Positions 22,647-27,385 of a DNA stretch of 27,385 nucleotides are shown piece by piece. Each line of letters starts with the position of its first letter. Within the stretch, counting starts at the first letter, position 1. Position numbers and translations under genes: made by a program. The stretch spans positions 1 to 27,385 of the IMG/VR virus record IMGVR_UViG_3300022217_000166; one strand, given 5' to 3'. The notes beneath the pieces are model-generated. The model searched no databases and was not told where the DNA came from. It was given only the letters and a program-made list of their open reading frames with translations. This DNA comes from a virus (lineage: Duplodnaviria > Caudoviricetes).

Positions 22647-25251
22647 AGTCTATACATATACGGATATGTTTTCTGCAGATATTGAAAAAAATCTGAAGAA
22701 GGTCCTTGGAGTAACACAAAAGATTGAAGAATCAATTAAGAGTGTTCAAAAAGTTGCATCAACAGGGGAGGGGCTTAAAAAGATAACTGAAGATTCTAAA
22801 AAACATATCAAGGTTATGGAGGGTTTTAATAAAGCCCAAAAAGAAAGGCTTGCAACTCAAAAAAAGATCAATGATCAGGTAAAGAAAACAACGAGAGAAA
22901 ACGAAAAGAATTTAAGGCAGTTAAGAAAGATCGGGGATTCTTTAAACGTCCGGAAGCAAACGGAAAAAGAGCTTTTAAGACTTAAAAAACAAGAAGCTTC
23001 TCAGCAGGCCCGGGCCAATGCCGAAATACAAAGATGGTCAAAACTTGAAGAAACTTCAATTGTTAATATTAACAGAAAGGTCCGAGCATTAACAAAGTTA
23101 AGGGGAAATTTAGACTTAACAAGCAAAGAATACCGGGAAGTTACAGCCGATTTAAACAGACTTATTGCAGTTCAAAAAAGGGAACAAGAGGCAATTGGAA
23201 GGAATCAACTTCATGTTGGAAACTACGGGAGGGCCTTAAATAATACAGGGAAAGCCGTTGGAAGATTTGTTGAAAGGATCGGAGCAATGGCCCTTGCTTA
23301 TGTAGGTTTTCAAACTGTAAGAGAATCAATTGAACTTTTTAAAGTTCAGGAGCAGGCTGTTAAAGATAATGAAGCTGTTTTTGGTGCTTATTCAAAAACA
23401 ATTCAGGCGTTTGCTGCAGACGTTCAAAAAGTTACAACTGTAGGAGATGAGCAAACTATTGCTTTAACAACTCAAGCTCGTAACTTTGGGCTTGCTGTTG
23501 AAGATGTTCAACAAGCTACAATTGGAGCAATCGGGCTTGCTGAGAAATTTAAAAAGGCCGGATTGAGTCAAGAAACAGCCCTTAAAGGAATTGCCCTTGC
23601 TTATGCAGGGAACTTTTCACAATTAGAAAGATATATTCCCGCCTTAAGGAGTGCCAAAGATGAAGCTGAAAAAATGGCTATTCTTCAGGATGAAATGGCA
23701 AACGGTTTCAACCTTGCAAAAGAAGCTGCAAAAACCCAAACGGGTCAATTACAGCAAATGAAGAATGAAATGGGGGACGTTAAAGAAGAAATTGGAGAAG
23801 GTTTAATTCCTGTATTATTAAAGATTTCTTCAATAATAAGAGATTCCATAAAAGGATGGAAATTATTTTTTAACCTATTTAAAAAACAGATAAATCCTGA
23901 AACAGCCGAATATATTGAAAATTTAAAGGAAGAATTGAAACTTGAGGACTCCCGAACTAAAAGGATAAAAATTGGTACTGAAAAACAAAGGTTAGAAAAT
24001 GAATTATTAAAAGAACGTAACATTTTAAGGGACCATAAGACTTTCCTTGGTATTGATGATGATTTTACAAAGATTCACAAAGAGAGGGTTGAAATATTAA
24101 AAGAAGAAATACTTGAATTAAAAAAATTAAGAGAAAACGAGCAGTTTTTTAAAGTTGCGGTTGAAGAAACAGCCGGAGCTTTAGAAGATGAAGCTGATGG
24201 AGCAGGAAAGGCTGCTGATAGTTCTATTAAATCCCTTGAAGTATTATCAAGAAAGGCAGAAGAAGGGTTTGGAGTAAAGCAATTATCCCTTTTTGAAAGT
24301 ATTATTGGAGTAGGAAAAGACGGGAAAATTATTTCTGAGCCTGAAAAACTTGAAGCCGAAATTATTAAAACGGCTGTTCCTTTCTTTACAAGGATAAGAA
24401 GAAGAATAAGATTTGCTTTTGCAACAAAAGAGGAAGGAAGCTTTTTCTCAAGGTTGTTAGGGGTTGATAATTCACAGATTCAAAAAATTAAGCAACAAAT
24501 ATCAAGGGCTTTTTCTCAGGCTATGAGCTTAATAAATCAGCAGATTCAAAATCAAAGAGCCGCAAATGATGAATTAATTTCTTTAACTGATCAAAGAATT
24601 GAAAAGCTTCAAGAAGAATATGATTCAGAAGTTGAAAGGGTAAACAATTTGAAGGAACTTGAAAAAGGAAGATCCGTTGAAAAATTGCAATTATTAGAAA
24701 AACAGCTTGCAAGAGAGCAGGAAATGAAAGATAAAGCCCTTTTAGAAGATGTTGCAATAAAAAGAAAACAAAAAGCTTTTGATATTATCAATGCTCAAAT
24801 TAACACATTTACAGCAATTTCAAATGCTTTAACACTTCAACCAACGTGGGTCGGAATTGTTATGGCTGCAATAATGGGCGGTTTAGGGCTTGCTCAGGTT
24901 GCCAATATACAAAATGCAAAATATGCTGATGGTACAAACTATCTATTGAGAGGAAACAGCCCACGGGGAACAGATACAATTCCGATATTCGCAAATGAAG
25001 GGGAAAGGATTGTTCCGACTGAAGATAATTCAGGCATTCCAAGGACCTTCCCAAATTCAGAACTTTCAACAGCCGTTCAATATTATCTTGATGGAAAAAG
25101 CAATACTCCCATATTAAATCTATATGATGAAAACGGAAAATATTTCAAAGAAATAGCTGAGAATACGAGGGGGAACGGTATTGAATATGAAGAAGGAAAA
25201 GTTAAAAGCCGAAAGATAGGCAATACAACTAAATATTATCATCATAATTAA
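22636..25251 (+). CDS. Tail tape measure protein
   Basis: 871 aa coiled-coil, Ala/Gly-rich; RNQLHVGNY, hydrophobic segments and a C-terminal YADGT...GTDTIPIFANEGERIV motif. Confidence 0.9.
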   Translation: MPGKVYTYTDMFSADIEKNLKKVLGVTQKIEESIKSVQKVASTGEGLKKITEDSKKHIKVMEGFNKAQKERLATQKKINDQVKKTTRENEKNLRQLRKIGDSLNVRKQTEKELLRLKKQEASQQARANAEIQRWSKLEETSIVNINRKVRALTKLRGNLDLTSKEYREVTADLNRLIAVQKREQEAIGRNQLHVGNYGRALNNTGKAVGRFVERIGAMALAYVGFQTVRESIELFKVQEQAVKDNEAVFGAYSKTIQAFAADVQKVTTVGDEQTIALTTQARNFGLAVEDVQQATIGAIGLAEKFKKAGLSQETALKGIALAYAGNFSQLERYIPALRSAKDEAEKMAILQDEMANGFNLAKEAAKTQTGQLQQMKNEMGDVKEEIGEGLIPVLLKISSIIRDSIKGWKLFFNLFKKQINPETAEYIENLKEELKLEDSRTKRIKIGTEKQRLENELLKERNILRDHKTFLGIDDDFTKIHKERVEILKEEILELKKLRENEQFFKVAVEETAGALEDEADGAGKAADSSIKSLEVLSRKAEEGFGVKQLSLFESIIGVGKDGKIISEPEKLEAEIIKTAVPFFTRIRRRIRFAFATKEEGSFFSRLLGVDNSQIQKIKQQISRAFSQAMSLINQQIQNQRAANDELISLTDQRIEKLQEEYDSEVERVNNLKELEKGRSVEKLQLLEKQLAREQEMKDKALLEDVAIKRKQKAFDIINAQINTFTAISNALTLQPTWVGIVMAAIMGGLGLAQVANIQNAKYADGTNYLLRGNSPRGTDTIPIFANEGERIVPTEDNSGIPRTFPNSELSTAVQYYLDGKSNTPILNLYDENGKYFKEIAENTRGNGIEYEEGKVKSRKIGNTTKYYHHN

Positions 25252-25255
25252 AGAG

Positions 25256-26404
25256 ATGTCAAACATAAAAATAAAATATTTCGGAAATTATCCTGTTTAT
25301 TCTTTAATTGAAGATTTTGAACTTCCTGAAGCAAAAATTATTGATTGGGAATATAAAGTTATTGCAACCCCTCAGCTTTGGGGCCATACTGCAGACAGTA
25401 ACAAAGCCGAAAGAAATATTCAAGAAATTACTTCTGCAATTTATCAGATTGAAGTAATGGCCGGAAAGAATCTTGATTATTATAAATTACAAAATGCAAA
25501 TCATATTCTTATAAAACCTGACAATGAAAAAGAATTTATTTCAGCAAAAGTTGAAGCCAAATTTACACAGGCTGAAAAGAATATGGATAATTATTGGATT
25601 TTAAAATTTTGGAAACAACTTAATATTACAGAACAATTAAGCCATGCCTTTGCAAATAAGATGAAAACAGGCACGGGAGTTAATAAAATTGAATTTGATG
25701 TTGTAAATCCCCCCTATACGTTTAATAATATTGAAATATTTACAATTGAGGTTGTTCCTGCTTCCGGGGATTACTACGCTTTTTTTGATGTTCCCCTTAA
25801 TGATCTTACCAACAATTTCAGTATATCAGATACATTCTATTTACATACTGATAATGTAGATTTTAATGAAGAAGAAGATGATAATTCAGATTTTCTTTCC
25901 TTTGCTGATTGCAATTCAAAAACTTCTACTTATGTGAGATTTCAATGTTCTGCAGATACCGTTGATTCAGGGCTTTCTTATAATATAGGGAATTTAAGAA
26001 TTGATAATCAAGCTGATTGGCGGCCCCTTCCTACGGGTCCGAGCATTTCAAACCTGACAAAATCATTTACTATATATACCCTTTTAAATCATAATACAGA
26101 ATTTTCAATTGAGAAAAAAGGAAAGATGGAACCCCGATCAGGAGTAAAAGAAAGCACTTCTTACAGTAAGAAAACACATTTAAAATTTAAAATATGGCTT
26201 GATAATGATGATCTTTATCTTGCTGAGTATCTTGAATACGCTTTAAAGGATAATATTCTTTTTACAACAAATGAAGGAGATTCTTATATTCCTATCCAAG
26301 TGGATGATATAATTCTTCCTTCAAACAATAATTTGTTAATTGATTTGCATGAATTTAACATTGATATAATGATTGACAGCCAAAACCCTGTTAAATATAG
26401 ATAA
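25256..26404 (+). CDS. Putative tail-tip/distal tail protein
   Basis: 382 aa, acidic and beta-rich, directly after the TMP. Confidence 0.6.
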   Translation: MSNIKIKYFGNYPVYSLIEDFELPEAKIIDWEYKVIATPQLWGHTADSNKAERNIQEITSAIYQIEVMAGKNLDYYKLQNANHILIKPDNEKEFISAKVEAKFTQAEKNMDNYWILKFWKQLNITEQLSHAFANKMKTGTGVNKIEFDVVNPPYTFNNIEIFTIEVVPASGDYYAFFDVPLNDLTNNFSISDTFYLHTDNVDFNEEEDDNSDFLSFADCNSKTSTYVRFQCSADTVDSGLSYNIGNLRIDNQADWRPLPTGPSISNLTKSFTIYTLLNHNTEFSIEKKGKMEPRSGVKESTSYSKKTHLKFKIWLDNDDLYLAEYLEYALKDNILFTTNEGDSYIPIQVDDIILPSNNNLLIDLHEFNIDIMIDSQNPVKYR

Positions 26405-26406
26405 AT

Positions 26407-27385
26407 ATGAGTACTTTCAATAATTTTAAAATAGAATTATCGGCTGAGTGGCTTGTTTTACCGGGAGAAACCCCGGGAAGCGTTTCCCGGTTCGTTGATG
26501 CTGACCTTCAGGGGATGAGGCTGAGAAGTGAAAATGTAAAATCAAGGCCAAAAAACAGCTTATCAGGGAATTTTAAAATATCGGGGGAAGACTATGAGAT
26601 CATAATGGCTAAATATAACGATTATTCGAGTTATTATGCAGATGAATTTTATTTTAATTATGACTTATATAAGAAAGGTTCCCTAATGGTTGAAACGGGA
26701 AAATGTAAGCTTATTAATAATGATGAGAATTTTAAGACAGCATTTTTTGAGTTTTACGATGATATAAACACAAAATATCAAAACATTTATAATGCATGGG
26801 AAGAAAAAGAAAATATTCTTGCAGGAGTCGCAAAGGATGGAGATACTATTGTTTTAACTGATCATAAAACATTTAGTTATCCCGGAACGGTTACAAGGTC
26901 CGCAAATTTAGCTAATCAGCAAGCAATGGATGCTCATGTAAACAGCATTATTAATGAAAGTGATTTATGGGTTCCCTATCAAATTGATTATGTTTTAAAC
27001 GCCGGAATAAATTACACGGGAACAGTTTACAGGGTCCGCTTTATTGCTTATGGTTGGTATGCAGGGAGCGTTTCTGCTGCTAATAGATTCCCGCCGGGGG
27101 GAGAAAATTGGATTTATAATACTGACGTTGTAATTGGGGCCAATACATATCCGCAATATTTAAAACGTGTTAATGTCGGAGATATACAATATGCAACCCA
27201 CGGAGGAACAAGTTCGGCAATCATACAAACGGAGGGCTTATATAATGCAAGTTTAACAGATATATCAAGAACAATTGAAGATGTTATTGAATTTTTGGTT
27301 GGGGAATGTGATTCTTCAATCGGCTTTGATTCTTCAAGCTTTGCAAGCTTTGCGGATTTTAATGATGTAATAACTTATTCAAGTT
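26407..27385 (+). CDS. Putative tail protein, partial (runs off the window end)
   Basis: Manually found, MSTFNNFKIELSAEWLVLPGETPGSVSRFVDADLQGMRL...; appears open to the window end. Confidence 0.7.
   Translation, partial: MSTFNNFKIELSAEWLVLPGETPGSVSRFVDADLQGMRLRSENVKSRPKNSLSGNFKISGEDYEIIMAKYNDYSSYYADEFYFNYDLYKKGSLMVETGKCKLINNDENFKTAFFEFYDDINTKYQNIYNAWEEKENILAGVAKDGDTIVLTDHKTFSYPGTVTRSANLANQQAMDAHVNSIINESDLWVPYQIDYVLNAGINYTGTVYRVRFIAYGWYAGSVSAANRFPPGGENWIYNTDVVIGANTYPQYLKRVNVGDIQYATHGGTSSAIIQTEGLYNASLTDISRTIEDVIEFLVGECDSSIGFDSSSFASFADFNDVITYSS

Larger units (their letters stand above)
1..27385. mobile_element. Siphovirus-like phage/prophage genome segment, probable Bacteroidota host
   Basis: Ordered TerS-TerL-portal-protease-capsid-tail-TMP operon, divergent from a RecT/YqaJ/YopX/replication arm. 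Bacteroidota-type promoters are present and no host genes are seen. Confidence 0.96.

Noticed and set aside
11245-25069. Minus-strand and nested alternative-frame ORFs within the structural operon
   Set aside because: They overlap well-supported structural genes and have shadow-like composition with no motifs.
11378-27385. Genome-wide TAG recoding (code 15)
   Set aside because: All long structural genes are intact under the standard code; only one in-frame TAG was found.
25256-27385. Diversity-generating retroelement target or template repeats
   Set aside because: No reverse transcriptase and no adenine-variable repeat pair were seen in this window.

Overview
The whole window is one AT-rich (roughly 30% GC by eye) tailed dsDNA phage or prophage segment, with no recognisable host genes, integrase or lysis genes in view. 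It has two divergent arms separated by a control region at about 10630-10895. The left arm (minus strand) is the early region: many small ORFs, an XRE HTH regulator, RecT, a YqaJ exonuclease, YopX, a C5 cytosine methyltransferase and a DUF6291-like replication initiator. The right arm (plus strand) is a siphovirus morphogenesis operon: TerS, PBSX-type TerL, portal, HK97-type prohead protease, major capsid, four beta-rich accessory proteins, head-tail and tail genes, tape measure and tail-tip genes. Several TTTG-N19/20-TAnnTTTG promoters, A-rich starts without Shine-Dalgarno sequences and a signal peptide apparently cleaved before Gln point to a Bacteroidota host. The most notable observation is a major capsid protein with an N-terminal membrane-anchor-like extension next to a capsid-module protein with a Sec signal peptide. 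Also worth following up: a tRNA-like element, repeated start-associated cassette sequences with a complementary late 3'UTR, an in-frame amber codon when no called gene ends in TAG, an apparent CCGG excess with CCAG/CTGG deficit, and a methyltransferase with an aberrant C-terminus. All family assignments come from motif recognition by eye, not from database searches.
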